Origin: Mobula hypostoma
Taxonomy: Eukaryota
NCBI RefSeq assembly: GCF_963921235.1
Contig: NC_086108.1
Location: forward strand, 36,396,001 to 36,460,000
Length of the DNA: 64,000 nucleotides
Direction of reading: 5' to 3'
Position numbers and translations under genes: made by a program. Under the pieces are notes generated by a model. That model was not told the origin of the DNA, did not search any database, and saw only the letters and a list, made by a program, of their open reading frames with translations. Shown here one piece after another: positions 13,401 to 26,620 of the stretch (positions are counted from its first letter, which is position 1; each line of letters begins with the position of its first letter).

Positions 13401-13620
13401 TAAAAAAAGCAAGGATGTAACCCTGAAGGTTTATAAGGTATTGGTAAGGCTTCAGTTGGAGTATTGTGAGTAGTTTAGGGCCCCTTTATCAAAGAGGGCT
13501 CAAATGAGGTTTACAAGAACGAAAGGGTGAATATATAAGAAGTGTTTGATGACTCTGTGCTTGTACTTACTGGAATTTAGAAGAATGATGGTGGATCTAA
13601 TTGAAACCTATCGGTAGTGT
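10490..13620 (+). mobile_element. Long decayed CR1 LINE ORF2, split by an insertion at 11627-12505
   Basis: Motifs [36 protein letters not shown] and VMHFGRRN occur in order, with many stops. Confidence 0.9.
11627..12505 (-). mobile_element. Non-coding, non-autonomous retroelement nested in CR1
   Basis: CR1 sequence is continuous on either side (gaagatgttgt | tgtagaggcatt). The 3' tail aataaatgaacctttgaacttt and ~90 bp next to it are shared with the element at ~45778-46390. Confidence 0.7.
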
Positions 13621-13754
13621 GGATTACCATTCATTTTGATCAGGGATGTGTAACAAATATAGTGCTGAATCATGTCAAACTGGCACTCCTGAGCTCTGAC
13701 CCATATGCTGTTCCGGCAGCCATAGTTTATTTTGTTTTATTTCTTATTTATTGT

Positions 13755-14020
13755 ATTTGAAGATACAGCACAAATTAGGTCCTTCTGGCCCAACAAGCCG
13801 GAATGCTCAGTAATCCACCTATTTAACTCTAGCCTAATCACAATGACAAACTAACCTACTAACCGGTACGTCTTTGGGAAGTGGGAGAAAAACAGAGCAC
13901 CCGGAAGAAACCAATGTGCTCACAGGATGGGCATAAAGACTTCTTACAGACAGTTGGAATTGAACTCCGACGCCATGAGTAGTAGTAGCACTGAGTTGAC
14001 TGTGATACTACCGTGGTGCC
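13755..14020 (-). mobile_element. V-SINE (HE1-like)
   Basis: tRNA-like head, V-domain ggtttcttccgggtgctctgtttttctcccacttcccaaagacgta, and CR1-like tail gggccagaaggacc. Confidence 0.8.
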
Positions 14021-14304
14021 TCCAAACCAGTTCCGCCAGACCAGTTTTTCTGGAAGCTTAGTTGCCATAAATGTTCTGCAAGTTGGAGTGATTCCAAAGT
14101 GGCAAGTAAACCTCAGGCAGATGATTTTAAGGCCCTCATCTTGAGCTGCTCTAATAACTCAATGGTGTCGAAGTTTTTTTTTAAAAAAAAGCCTTTTTAA
14201 ATGTTTTTGATGATCAGGGACTTGAAAGCAATTCAAGAAAGATGTAAATATCAAAATTATTTAAAATCTGATGGTTTAGAACACCTTTTAGTGATATAGA
14301 TTAA

Positions 14305-15060
14305 GCAAAATATGGTGGCAGAATATAGCATTAATGGTAAGGCTCTTGACAGTGTGGAGGATCAGAGGGATCTTGTGGTCCGAGTCCATAGGACACTCAA
14401 AGCTACTCTGCAGGTTGACTCTGTGGTTAAGAAGGCATATGGTACATTGGCCTTTATCAATCGTGGGATTGAGTTTAGGAGCCGAGAGGTAATGTTACAG
14501 CTATATAGGACCCTGGTCAGACCCAACTTGAAGTACTATGCTCAGTTCTAGTCGCCTCACTACAAGAAGGATGTGGAAACCCTAGAAAGGGTGCAGAGGA
14601 GATTTACAGAATGTTGCATGGATTGGGGAGCATGTCTCATGAGATTAGGTTGAGTGAACTTGGCCTTTTCTCCTTGGAGTGACTGAGGATGAGAAGTGAT
14701 CTGATAGAAGTGTATAAGATGATGAGAGGCATTGATCGTGTGGATAATCAGAGGTTTTTTCCCAGGGCTGAAATGGCTAGCACGAGAAGGAACAGTTTTG
14801 AGGTGCTTGGATGTAGGTACAGAGAAGATGTCAGCTGTAAGTTTTTTAAGCAGAGAGTGGTGAGTGTGTGGAATGGGCTGCCGGCAATGGTGGTGGAGGC
14901 GGATACAATAGGGTCTTTGAAGAGACTCCTGGACAGAAACATGGAACTCAGAAAAATAGAGTGCCATGGGTAACCCTAGGTAATTTCTACGGTAAGAACA
15001 TATTGGGCACAGCTTTGTAGGCCGAAGGGCCTGTATTGTGCTATAGGTTTTCTGTGTTCT
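14305..15060 (+). mobile_element. CR1 LINE 3' fragment
   Basis: ORFs 14312..14551 (LQLYRTLVRPNLKY) and 14689..14973 (RSDLIEVYKMM...FFKQRVVSVWNGLP), followed by the 3'UTR. Confidence 0.9.
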
Positions 15061-16459
15061 AAAATAGGTTACAGAGCTGATGGGCTGAATATGAAATGCA
15101 TCTGGTCCTTTTGCTCTCAGGATAATTATGCTTTGTTCTAAGTCCAGCAGGAGATCAGGAGATCAGATACTTAAGCATCTGATCATCGGCTTATCCTTAC
15201 TGCTGTATGCAGATGCTGAAATCAAGTCACGTTATCCATGAAGAATGCCATGCAGCTGGTTCTCCGCAGATTCACTAACAAAGAGTAAAGATTTGGGTCA
15301 TGTATTTAGGTTCCTGTACATGTTTCTTCAAAGCACAAAAATCCATTTTGTTGGTTTCTTAACATTAATGGCTACAGAGTCGACTTTAAAAAAAATTAGT
15401 CAGTGGTGCTTTTTGATTTTCAACTTTCATTCTCCACAACATTTCAGAAAAGGCAGTTATGTCATTGTAAGGATATCAGGCGAAATAGGTGTAGTTATAA
15501 TAATCTCAAGATGACACATCTCATGTACAACAGGGTTTCTGTAATTTTATTGACATCTTCTCAAACTTGTATATTTCTAAAGCTTCACTTGAATAAATTA
15601 AAAATATAATTTCATTATAGCCACATTTTGAATAGTTAATCTCTGCTGAAACATTGGATTTGTTTTGAAAGAGTTTGCACATTTGATTACCAATTCATCT
15701 TTCTAAACATTTAGTCTATGATTTCCATTTAGTATAATAGATTAAGAGCATTAGAATTATGTGCACAAACTGAAATACTCCAAACTAATTTTGCCACAAG
15801 TACTTCAAAATGTGGTATTTTAAAAAAGCATTTCCCACATTGTTTTCATCAGATTTTTAAGTCATATTTCAGTTCTAATATAATGAGCTGAGATTCTACC
15901 TCTTATTTAGGTATTACAACTTAGAATTACTTAAGTGTATTTAATTTTTAATGTATTTAATACCTTGATTCTGACTACTTCATTGTAGTAAAATAATTTA
16001 CGATCCTTCTGTTTTAAAGGTGTATCAGAGCAATACTTGGGCAGTTTCTACTTTTTCAGAGTTGCTTCATTAAGGTCAATATTACCTGAGTTTGCTTTCT
16101 TCTTGCCTGTTCAAATGTGTAGTCATGATCTGCAGAATACCCCCTTTGAAATTGAAGTATATTTCCAAATTATTTTATCCTTCACTTCAGGTTATTTTTG
16201 TAGATGACATACTCATAGCTTCCAAAATGAGGATTTGGTACTGCACTTTCATTTTTCTGTAGATCTATTTAGAGAACAAAACATTGGTTCTTTTGTCACT
16301 GATTTGTTTATAATTGAATTTTTAACACTGCAGTACAATGTGGCATGAATCTGCAGCAATGCATCAAAGTTGCTTTAGAAGATGACATTTATTGGCGAAT
16401 AATTTCTCCCTTCCCTTGGAAGGAAAAATATTTGCCCAAAATAATTACCAGTACAATTA

Positions 16460-16780
16460 ATAACAAAAGCAGAAAATGCTGGAGAAATTCAATAGCTTAA
16501 GTTGCATCTGTGTAAAGAGAAAGGTCTGAAGCCTTGTTTATGTTTTCACTCTCTAACTACTCCCATTCACCCATTAACCAGATAAACATGTATTTAGTTT
16601 ATTTCTATAGTCATTCTGGTTTCCTCTATCAAAGACATCCCCCTCTCTACCCTCCCTGCAGCTGAATGAGTTTCTTTTCTGTTCTTCCAAGATCCGACAC
16701 AGGGTATTTGACTTGAAAAGTTAACTTTATTTCGTCTTCACACAAATGTAGTATGTCCTGCTGAATATTTCCAGCATCCT
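16460..16780. mobile_element. Old inverted (head-to-head) Penelope-terminus remnant
   Basis: aaagcagaaaatgctggagaaattc at the left is roughly complementary to ctgctgaatatttccagcat at the right. A similar arrangement occurs at ~52950-53062. Confidence 0.5.
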
Positions 16781-17209
16781 TGTACTAATAGCTCTTTCTC
16801 CAAAGATCAAATGACAAGTAGGCTGAAAAAAACATTTTTTCTCACATAGCACTATATTTTTTCTTTCCAAATTATTTTGAGGAATTATCTAAAAGTTTAC
16901 CTATTAGACAGTCTGTTGCCTGATTAAAGATCCTCATCAGTTCCTGGGTATTTTAATGTAAGACCAGCATTATTTGTCAGTTGAAAAAGTGAATTTGGAA
17001 TTAGCTTAAAAATTATCTTGTATTGCTTGGTCATGACAGAATTTCCCTTTTCTTTTTACCGGGAGTAAATACGATTTTCTTTTATTTCTGACTTTTCTTC
17101 AGTTGTTCAAGCATGCAGTCAACCAGACTGGGCGAAGGCCTGAATGCTTACTAAGTCCTGGGAAAATACTGAGCACCATTTATTACTGTATGTCCAACAT
17201 AAATGAGTA

Positions 17210-20177
17210 TAAGGGCACTTTATCTAAATGCCGTTGAATTAGAAAAAAGGTTAGTGAACTTGTGCCACAGATCAGTACCAAGGCATATGATTTAGTGGCC
17301 ATTACAGAAACCTGGTTGCAAGGTGAAGATGACTGGGAATTAAATATCTAAGGGTATCAGGTAATACGAAAAGATAGGCAGGAAGGCAAAGGAGGTGGGG
17401 TGGTGGTCTTAATTAAGAATGAGATCAGGGCGATTGTGAGAGACGATATAAGATCTATGGAGCAGAATGTTGAGTCCATCTGGGTAGAGATTAAGAATAG
17501 TAAAGGGAGAAAATCACTGGTGGGAGTTGTCTATAGGCCACCTAATAAAAATACTGCTGTGGCAGAGGCAATTAACCAAGAAATAACTGAGGCTTGTAAG
17601 CACAGAATAGCAGTTGTCATGGGGGATTTTAACTTCCACGTAGATTAGGTGAATCAGGTTAGTCAAGGAAGTTTTGAGGAGGACTTCATAGAATGCATCT
17701 GTGATAGCTTTCTTGAGCAGCATGTTAGTGTTGGGAGAGCCAGCCTTGGATAACTAAGGAAGTAAAAGATAGTATCAAATTAAAAGCTTGTGTACAAAGT
17801 TGCAAAGAGCAGTGGGAGACTGGAGGATTGAGAAAACTTTAAAAAGCAACAAGAACAACTAAACAAAAAATAAGGAAAGGGAAGATAGAGTATGAAAGTA
17901 AATTAGCACAGAATATAAAAACAGATAGCAAAAGTTTTTATAAATATATAAAGTGGAAGAAGGTGGCTAAAGTCAACGTAGGTCCCTCGGAAGACAAGGG
18001 GAAATTAATATTGGGTGAAAAGGAAATGACTGAGGCATTGAACGTCAGCCTTCACGGTGGAGGACACGTCTAATATGCTGAAGAATGATGTTATGGACGA
18101 AATGGGAGGTGAGGACCTCGATAAAATCACTGTCACTAAAGAGATAGTGATGAGCAAACTAGAGGGCCTGAAGGTAGATAAGTCCCCTGGTCCTGATGGG
18201 ATGTATCCCAGGGTGCTGAGGGAATTGGCATGGTAGATGTGTTGGTAATCATTTACCAAAATTCTCTAGACTATGGGCAGGCTTCAGCAGGTTGGAAAAG
18301 AGCAAATGTCACGCCACTTTTTAAAAAAGGATGTAGGCAAAAGACAGGCAACTATAGGCCAGTTAGCTTAGCATCTATAGTCAGAAAAATGCTCGAAGCT
18401 GTCATTAAAGAAGAAATAGTGAAACATTTAGAAAGGAGTGGTTCCATTAGACAGACACAGCATGGATTCAGAAAGGGCAGCTCCTGTTTGACAAACTTAC
18501 TGGAGTTCTTTGAGGACATAATGAGTGCAGTGGATAGAGGGGAATAGGTGGATGTTGTATACTTGGATTTCCAGAAGGTGTTCAATAAGGTGCCACACAA
18601 GAGACTTATAAATAAGATATGGATGCATGATGTCGGAGGAAGTGTATTGGCATGGATAGTGGATTGGTTAACCAATAGAAGGCAGAGAGTTGGTATAAAT
18701 GGGTGTTTCTCCGGTTGGCGGTCAGTGGTGAGTGGGGTGCCGCAGGGGTTGGTGCTGGGCCCGCAGCTGTTTACCATTTACATTGATGATTTGGAAGAGG
18801 GGACTGAGTGTATCAATAGAATCAACAAACTCATTCGTAAGGCCAGTGATATTGTGGGGATGGAACTGGCTCTGACGGTGGTGTCTGAAAAGTGGATGCT
18901 GTCCAAATTTAATGCCATCTTGGACAATGTCTCCCACCCACTACATAATGTACTGGTTGGGCACAGGAGTACATTCAGCCAGAGTCTCATTCCACCGAGA
19001 TGCAACACAGAGCGTCATAGGAAGTCATTCCTGCCTGTGGCCATCAAACTTTACAACTCCTCCCTTGGAGGGTCAGACACCCTAAGCCAATAGGCTGGTC
19101 CTGGACTTATTTCCTGGCATAATTTACATATTACTATTTAATTATTTATGGTTTATTACTATTTAATTATTTATGGTGCAACCGTCACAAAAACCAATTT
19201 CCCCGGGATCAATGAAGTATGACTACGACTCTGTAGTGTAGCAAAATTTACTGATGACACTAAACTGAGTGGAAAAGCAAATTGTACAGAGGATGTGGAG
19301 AGTCTGCAGAGGGATATAGATAGGTTAAGTGAGTGGGCCAAGGTCTGGCAGATGGAACACAACATTGGTAAGTGCGAGATCATCCACTTTGAAAGGAATA
19401 GTAGAAGAGTAGATTATTATTTAAATGGTGAAAGATTGCAGCATGCTGTTGTGCCGAGGGACTTAGGAGTGTTTGTTCATGAATCTCAAAAAATTGGCTT
19501 GCAGGTACAACAGGTTATTAAGAAGGCCAACGGAATGTTAGCCTTCATTGCTAGAGGGATTGAATTCAAGAGCAAGGAGGTCATGCTGCAACTATACAGG
19601 GTACTTACTGGTGAGGTCGCACCTGGAGTATGACGTGCAGTTCTGGTCTCCATACTTGAGGAAGAATGTACTGGCTTTGGAGGCAGTGCAGAGGAGGTTC
19701 ATCAGGTTGATTCCAGAGATGAAGAGGTTAACCTACGAGGAGAGATGGAGTCGCCTGGGACTATACGCTCTGGAATACAGAAGAATGAGAGAGGATCTTA
19801 TAGAAACATACAAAATTTTGAAAGGAATAGATAAGATAGAAGTAGGAAAGTTATTTCCATTGGTGGGTGAGACTAGAACTAGGGGACATTGCCTCAAGAT
19901 TCAGGGAAGAAGATTTGGGACGGAGATGAGGAGAAACTGTTTTTCCCAGAGAGTGGTGAATCTGTGGAGTTCTCTGCCCAGGGAAGCAGTTGAGGCTTCT
20001 TCACTGAATATATTTAAGATACAGTTAGATTTATACATAGGGAAATTAAGGGTTATGGGGAAAAGGCAGGTACGTGGAGCTCAGTTTACGGACAGATCAG
20101 CTACGATCTTATTGAATGACGGGGCAGGCTCGATGGGCCTGATGACTTACTCCTGCTTCTATTTCTTATGTTCTTAA
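17210..20177 (+). mobile_element. Near full-length CR1 ORF2 (APE endonuclease + RT) with 3'UTR, inactivated, containing a nested Rex1 fragment
   Basis: Motifs ITETW, VGVVYRPP, MGDFN, NYRPVSL, QHGFRKG, SGVPQG, KFTDDT, HLEYDVQFWSP and FSQRVVNLW occur in order, with stops and frameshifts. Confidence 0.93.
18813..19231 (+). mobile_element. 5'-truncated Rex1/Babar LINE nested in CR1
   Basis: Encodes INKLIRKAS...[13 protein letters not shown] and has a gactac/gactat tail. tgta is duplicated at 18809-18812 and 19232-19235. Same family as 55195-57148. Confidence 0.9.
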
Positions 20178-20435
20178 GTTCTGATAAAGGAGACAGGTCT
20201 TGGCCTGCTGGTGATAAATTTACATGTGAATTTTGGGTGTATGACTTTTGAGAGTCCCTTAGTAAATGCATGTTTGAAGCCTACACCATTTTAATTCACG
20301 AGTCTCAAGGTAAAAATATCTGGGGCACATAGTGCTAGTAGATTTTTGGATAAAGATCCTGGCACTGAGGTGGAGGTAGTGCTGAGATAGAGAAGCTGAC
20401 GAACTCCTTTCAGGCTTAATGCATGATTTGAAATA

Positions 20436-21613
20436 CAGGTTCCCCTGCTATCCGAGGGTAGAGCGTTCCTGTGAAATGGTTCATAAGCTGGAATGTCGTA
20501 AAGTGAATAAGCAATTGCCATTTATTAATATGGGAAAAATTTCTGAGCGTTCCCAGACCCAAAAAGTAACCTACAAAATCATGCCAAATAACACATAAAA
20601 CCTAAAATAACAGTAACATATAGTAAAAGCAGGAATGATATGATAAATACACAGCCTATATAAAGTAGAGATACTTCTCTGCAGCACTGTCTAGTGCAGC
20701 GAAAATCTCACGGCAGCATTCTCGGCGGAAGCGCTCTCAGCAGAAACACTCTCTCCAGTAACCTTTAAGCTATGAAGCTGCCAAAGCATACCAAATAACA
20801 CACAAAAATACACAGCCTATATAAAGTAGAAATAATGTATGTACAGTGTAGTATCACTTACCGGAATCTTGAGTTCTGCTGGGAACTTTTCGGCAGCTTC
20901 AGTATCAGCCGAAGCACTCTCTCTGGTAAATGTTAAACTATGAAGCTGCCCTCGCCTCAGAAACTGATCAAACCACCCATGACTACCTTTAAATTCCACT
21001 TTCTGAACACTTTCATCACCATCGTCCAGTGCTTTCTGTTTCAGCTTGTTAATAAGACTGACTGATTTCTCCTTAAGTATAAGAAAACTTAACGGAACAC
21101 CACACTTTGTACACCCATCAATCCACTCAAGCAATAGACTTTCCATTTTATCCATTATTGGATGCTGACTAAGAGAGACCACATTGCTACGAGCAGAGCC
21201 AACAGTAACATCGGCAGCTTTGAAAATTCTCTCTCTGCGTATAAATAGTGCGAATGGTGAATGCAGGCAAGTTCAACGCGTGGACAGTGTCCTTACTTCA
21301 TTCACCACGATCGAAACACTTAATTATGTCTAGCTTTACGCTAAGTGTAACACCCTTACGAGCTCTTTTAGGCTTTTCCGATACCTTAGAACTCATCTTG
21401 CTAACACATGCACAAAATAAATGGAGATAAAGCACATGTTTAAGCAATGGCGGCTAGGATGCAGTTCCGGGGGAGGAGCTTGGCTGTTCGAGCACATGCT
21501 GCCTTTTTTCGTAACAGTGAAAATACCTTCTGTTAGTGAAAACAGGTAACCAATGTAGGTCTTTCATAACAGCGAGGTGTCGTAAAGCGAACGTTCAGAA
21601 AACGGGCCACCTG
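20436..21613 (-). mobile_element. Tigger/pogo DNA transposon deletion derivative (retains N-terminal HTH/CENP-B domains)
   Basis: Ends TA|CAGGTTCCCCTGC ... GGGCCACCTG|CA. Minus strand encodes RKGVTLSVKLDIIKCFDRGE and MESLLLEWID...FKGSHGWFDQF...ESASAD. Confidence 0.9.
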
Positions 21614-21804
21614 CAATCCAAAATAAACACTTGTTTTTAAACCTCATCTTGTTCTCTTCTGGCTGCATTTATTCTGCAGGTCTCTGCCATTTTTCCCACC
21701 AAACTCTTGAAGAGTCTGGATTCCTGCATTGGTCTCATCAGTCACTTCAAAAATCACAAAACCAGAGTGCAAGTCATCCTTGATCCTGAGATACTGATTT
21801 GAGA

Positions 21805-22475
21805 TTCAAGTTTATTTATTCCATGTACATCAAAGCATACGGTTCACTGTGTCCTTCGTGCTAACAAACAACACACCCAAGGGTATGCTGGAGGTAGCCC
21901 GCAAGTAGTATGACCATAATGCACAGCAGAACAACTCAGAACACTCAAAGCTGAACATAACAAGCAACAAAACAACATTATGTGGGTTCTGGTCAACAGG
22001 ACTCAGCTTCTGGATTTCCAATTCAATCAGTGGGCCTCGATATTTAGCATAGATACCTGCACATACATACTAATCACAAATACTAGGCCTTGAACTCTGG
22101 ACTCGCTGATGACGGGACAGGTCATCAAATCTTGTTCTTCCCTTCCAGCATAGAACTCTTACTCTGGAACCAGATGACCTTAGGAGAGTCACCAGCCTTC
22201 ATCCACGCTGGTCTGTCAATCCACCTTCTGGTCTGTCAAACATTCCAGCCTAGTCTGCAGGTGGCCCATGTCCAGTCACTGTCCTTAGATGGAGCGAAGA
22301 CTTAAAACTCTGACCTGTCCTCTAATTCCTCATATCCCTGTGTCTAAAACCCTAGCCTGACACCTAACTCTGTCCTCCAAAACCATCTCCACAAACCTAA
22401 AAAAAAACACAAAATACAAAAAAAATCTTAAAAACCATTGTGGCATCATTATTGGACAGTGACCCTTACATGGAA
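21805..22475 (-). mobile_element. Non-autonomous non-coding retroelement, decayed
   Basis: The 3' segment (acatcaaagcatac...aacaacacacccaagggtatgctggaggtagcccgcaagt) recurs at ~3975-4085, ~36710-36840 and ~43605-43740. Confidence 0.55.
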
Positions 22476-25044
22476 AGTGTGTTCTTATAGGCCTCTGATT
22501 GGTAATTAACCAATGAAGAGTCATCTTCATTCTAAAGTAGGTTTAAGATTACAGAAAGGTGCCAGCCAAAGTGATGGGTTGGTCAGTGCTGTAGCTTTGT
22601 TGAAAGAGAAGTACACTGTGTAGGTGAGTTAACCCATAAGAAGCTGAATAATAAATTTTCCATTGGTTGAGGAGATGGATAAAATTTAATTGTATTTTAA
22701 CCTGCATGTTCATTTGACTTTTAGAAGTGCAAAATGTAGCAAATAGAACATTTAAATAGTTTAATTTTTATCTTTGCAAGCAATTATATTTTAGTTGTTT
22801 TTAATGCCAGAAAATCTGAAAATTCTGAATAAGTATTTAACCGTACACACAAGTAGCACAAGATCTTAAAGGGTTTTAAAATAATTTTCTATTCGCTAGA
22901 AAGCATGGATTTCACTGCCTTTGGAGCAACATTTACTTAAATATGATGTTTGAACTTAATGTTAAATTGTGGCTAATTATTCTTAGTTACTGTAGTCTTT
23001 ATAGTGAAAGATTTACGTTGGCTGTTTTAGATATTTATGTAATCTGTCAGTAGAGATAGTAAATTGTTCTTTCAAGGCTTAAATTTAAATTGAACCATGG
23101 CTCGTTCAGTGGCTGTGCCTGCCAGCTTTAATCTTCTGCATAAAATGATAGGACCACGGGAGAAATCAGTCTGCAATCAGTGGTATTGCTCATTTTATCC
23201 AAAGAAAATTTAAGGATGGACTATATGGGCATCAAAACAAAATCAATGGATTAGAGTAGAATGCCCGATTTTTGTTTTCCTTCTCTCTCTAATACCACTG
23301 GTTACTTTGCTTTTAGCTAATCCACACAATACTAACTTGCTTATCCTTGCATTTGATGGGGGGAAATACTCATAATGTATTTCATTTTGATATTATCTAT
23401 TAACATCTGCATAGATATTTTTATGGCTTATAGTAACTCCAAAAAGAGTTTGCATCAATGGGTCAAGGAATGGCAATAGACCACTGTTTTAAAACAACTT
23501 AAATACGTTTCATATGTTTGGCACAAAAATGCGTAAGATATTTTAGCTATGATATCACACTTTTATATCGGCCCATATGGAATCCAGTATGAATCAGTAG
23601 GTGACAAAATGGCATCAATTACCAATGTACAGAAAATTTAATGAATTTTTCTGGTTGCGTTTCACCTTAGTACTTTGACATCTTATGTATTCAATGTATA
23701 CTTTTGAACATTGCATGAAAAATCGTATCATGCTGTAACAATTTGTGGTCAAAACAAAAATAACCATGGCCATCTCAATGTTTCGCTGAAAGGGTTACCT
23801 ATATGTGCATCCATTTACATTTTATATCCATAACAGACCTCACATGGAACCCCCTCCTAATTCACATTCCAACTCCTAATAATTTCCCAAGAATCATGAT
23901 CATTCCCTATTCCACAACCACATCAATTCCCAGTTACATTCAAATCCAGTCCCTCCAATACCTCCTCACTCAACTCTCAATCACAATTCTACCCCCAGCT
24001 TCTGAACATACCTTTACCCTTCCTTCCTAAACCTTGGTCCATAGCTTTCCTCACTTCCCAAGCTGCTGACCTTGTTTCTGATTCAGGTCAACCATTTCAT
24101 CACACTGTCCCTGAACACAAGATCTTTCAGCCAGACTCACTGCCAGTGTCCATGGTCACTACAAACCTCACATCCCACTTACATTTACAACCCTCTTAGG
24201 CCTTCAGTGAATACCTGAGTCAATTTGCTCCCTTCATGGTCCTCTCCAAAGCTCCATGCGCAAAAAAATCATGTCAACCTTAGTACTGCTTATAATGTAG
24301 GATTTTGTAAATAAAACATGCGAGAATCAATTTGTGTGCAAAATTCGCAAATCCTTACTTCCATTACGGGCTAAACTAAAAGCAGTCTCCTTATGCTGAC
24401 ATCATTACATCAGACACTGTCTCTTAAAGTGAACACAACAACTCAATGATGTTGTTAGTTAATTATGTTGAACAGTTTCTTTTATGAACAATATGTGTCA
24501 TCTGTACCCTTTACATTACCCTACTAGAATACCTCTTTCAACCCTTCTGCCACAAGATTGTTTGTCAATAAATGATAAGTGAAAATGATCCCCAACTGAA
24601 TACTGGAAAGACCAAAGCGATTGTTTCCTTTCTTCACCACCCACTCCATTCCTATTCCTCATTCTATCTTCAGAAATTAATTTGCTCTATCTGCCTCAGT
24701 TCATTTGTTGCTGAAATCCTCAACCTTTTATTATCTCTGGTTTTCATCTTTGTTCATAATAGCCTAAATTTCTGCTGTTCTTGCCATAGCTTGCATTAGG
24801 TTCTGCTTTCTCACCTTCTATATGATTGTCGACCTGTATTGGTTTGTAGTTGAGCTGGCCTCGATTTTAAAATCCTTGTTGCTTTTAAGAAATCTTAAAT
24901 TTCTTACCATTCTCCTCCATCAGTCTCTTTTGAAAGTTCTGTACTTTTCTAGTGCAGTCTGCTGTTTATCATCCGTTTTATTCACCATAGTATTAGCAGT
25001 TGTAACTTTAGTTGGCAAGGCTTTAGGCTCTGGAATTCCATATC

Positions 25045-25510
25045 CAGAGGAGATTTACAAGGATGTTGCCTGGATTGGGGAGCATGCCTTATGAGAATAG
25101 GTTGAGTGAACCCGGCCTTTTCTCCTTGGAGTGACAGAGGATGAGAGGTGACCTGATAGAGATGTATAAGGTGATGAGAGGCATTGATCATGTGTCAAAG
25201 GCTTTTTCCTTAGGGCTGAAATGGTTGCCACAAGAGGACACAGGTTTAAGGTGCTGGGGAATAGGTACAGAGGAGATATCAGGGGTAAGTTTTTTACGCA
25301 GAGAATGGTGAGTGCATGGAATGGGCTGCCGGCAGCGGTGGTGGAGGTGGATACGATAGGGTCTTTTAAGAGACTTTTGGATAGGTACATGGAGCTCAGA
25401 AAAATAGAGGGCTATGGGTGGACCTGGTGATTTCTAGGGTAGGAACATGTTCGACACAACTTTGTGGGCCGGAGGGCCTGTATTGTGCTGTAAGTTTTCT
25501 ATGTTTCTAT
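25045..25510 (+). mobile_element. CR1 LINE 3' fragment, same subfamily as 14305-15060
   Basis: ORF 25221..25430 (TRGHRFKVLG...FFTQRMVSAWNGLP) and a 3'UTR closely similar to 14900-15060. Confidence 0.9.
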
Positions 25511-26620
25511 TAATGTGGCCATACCTTTCTTATTCCTCAGTTCTACCCATGAAGCCTAACTAGAAAAGCTCTCCTGTCTGTCCTGTCTGAGCACAGCCTT
25601 GACATTTTCTCTAACTAGTAATGTCACCCCACCAGCTTTAACCCCTCCCACTCTATCACATTTAAAACAATGGAACCCCGAATATTGAGCTGCCAGTCAT
25701 GCCCATCCTGTAACGAATTCTCAGTAATAGCTACAATGTCATACTTCCACATGCTGATCCATGCCCTGGACACCCATCCGCTTGCATTTCTAGTTTAAAT
25801 CTCCCTGTACAGCACTAGCAAGCCTTCCTAACTTGTCCCCCTCCATTTCAGGTACAAACCATCCCTTCTGCACAGGTACCACTTTCCCTGGAAGAAAGCT
25901 TAATGATCCAAAATCTGAAATCCTCCCTCCAGCACTACCTTAACTCACTTTGCAGGACCTTGTCTCCGCCCCCCCCCCCCCCATCTGTTTCATTGATAAC
26001 GACGTGGATCACAACCTCTGGCTGCTCACCCTCCCACTTAAGAATGCTCTGGACTTGATCAGAGATGTCCCTCACTCTGACACCCAAGAGGCAACAAACC
26101 ATTACAATCTTTACAAACCATTACAGTACAATCTTCTATTGTTTTCGTCCACAGAAGCTCTTTTCTGTTCCTCTATCACTATGAATCCCCTATCACTACA
26201 GCTTGTCTCTTCTCCCTCCTTCCTTTCTGACCGCAGAGTCAAACTCAGTGCCGGGGAGCGGACCACTGTGGCTTTCCTCTGCCAGGTCATTCCATCCAAC
26301 AGTACCCTGTTGTTGAAGAGAATGGCCTCAGGCATACTCTGCCCTGGCTGCTTATCCCTTTCCCCTCCTCATGGTCACCCAGTTAGCTGTGTCTTACACC
26401 GTAGGTGTAACTCCCTCTTTGTATGTCCTGTCAACCCCTCAGCCTCCCGATTGATCTGAAATTCACCCAGTTCCAGCTCCAAATCCTTAATGTCATCTGT
26501 TAGAAACAGCAGCTGGATGCACTTCTTGCAGATGTTGTTATCAGGGACACTGGAGGTCTCCTTACCTTCCTGCATCCCGCAGGAGGAGCATGTCTGGCAT
26601 CTCCACTGCTCTAGATGTGC
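25510..26620 (-). mobile_element. CR1 LINE 5' region (ORF1 zinc-finger/leucine-zipper and start of ORF2), decayed
   Basis: ORF 26375..26650 CSSCGMQEGKETSSVPDNNICKKCIQLLFLTDDIKDLELEL fits CxxC...CxxC plus a leucine zipper of CR1 ORF1. The ORF2 start resembles 5930-6120. Confidence 0.75.

Noticed and set aside
17103..17138. Possible CDC73 exon 12 equivalent (acceptor ttttcttcag followed by TT GTT CAA GCA...)
   Set aside because: There is no GT donor at the expected position, the peptide matches only 'QA', and no exon 13 follows.
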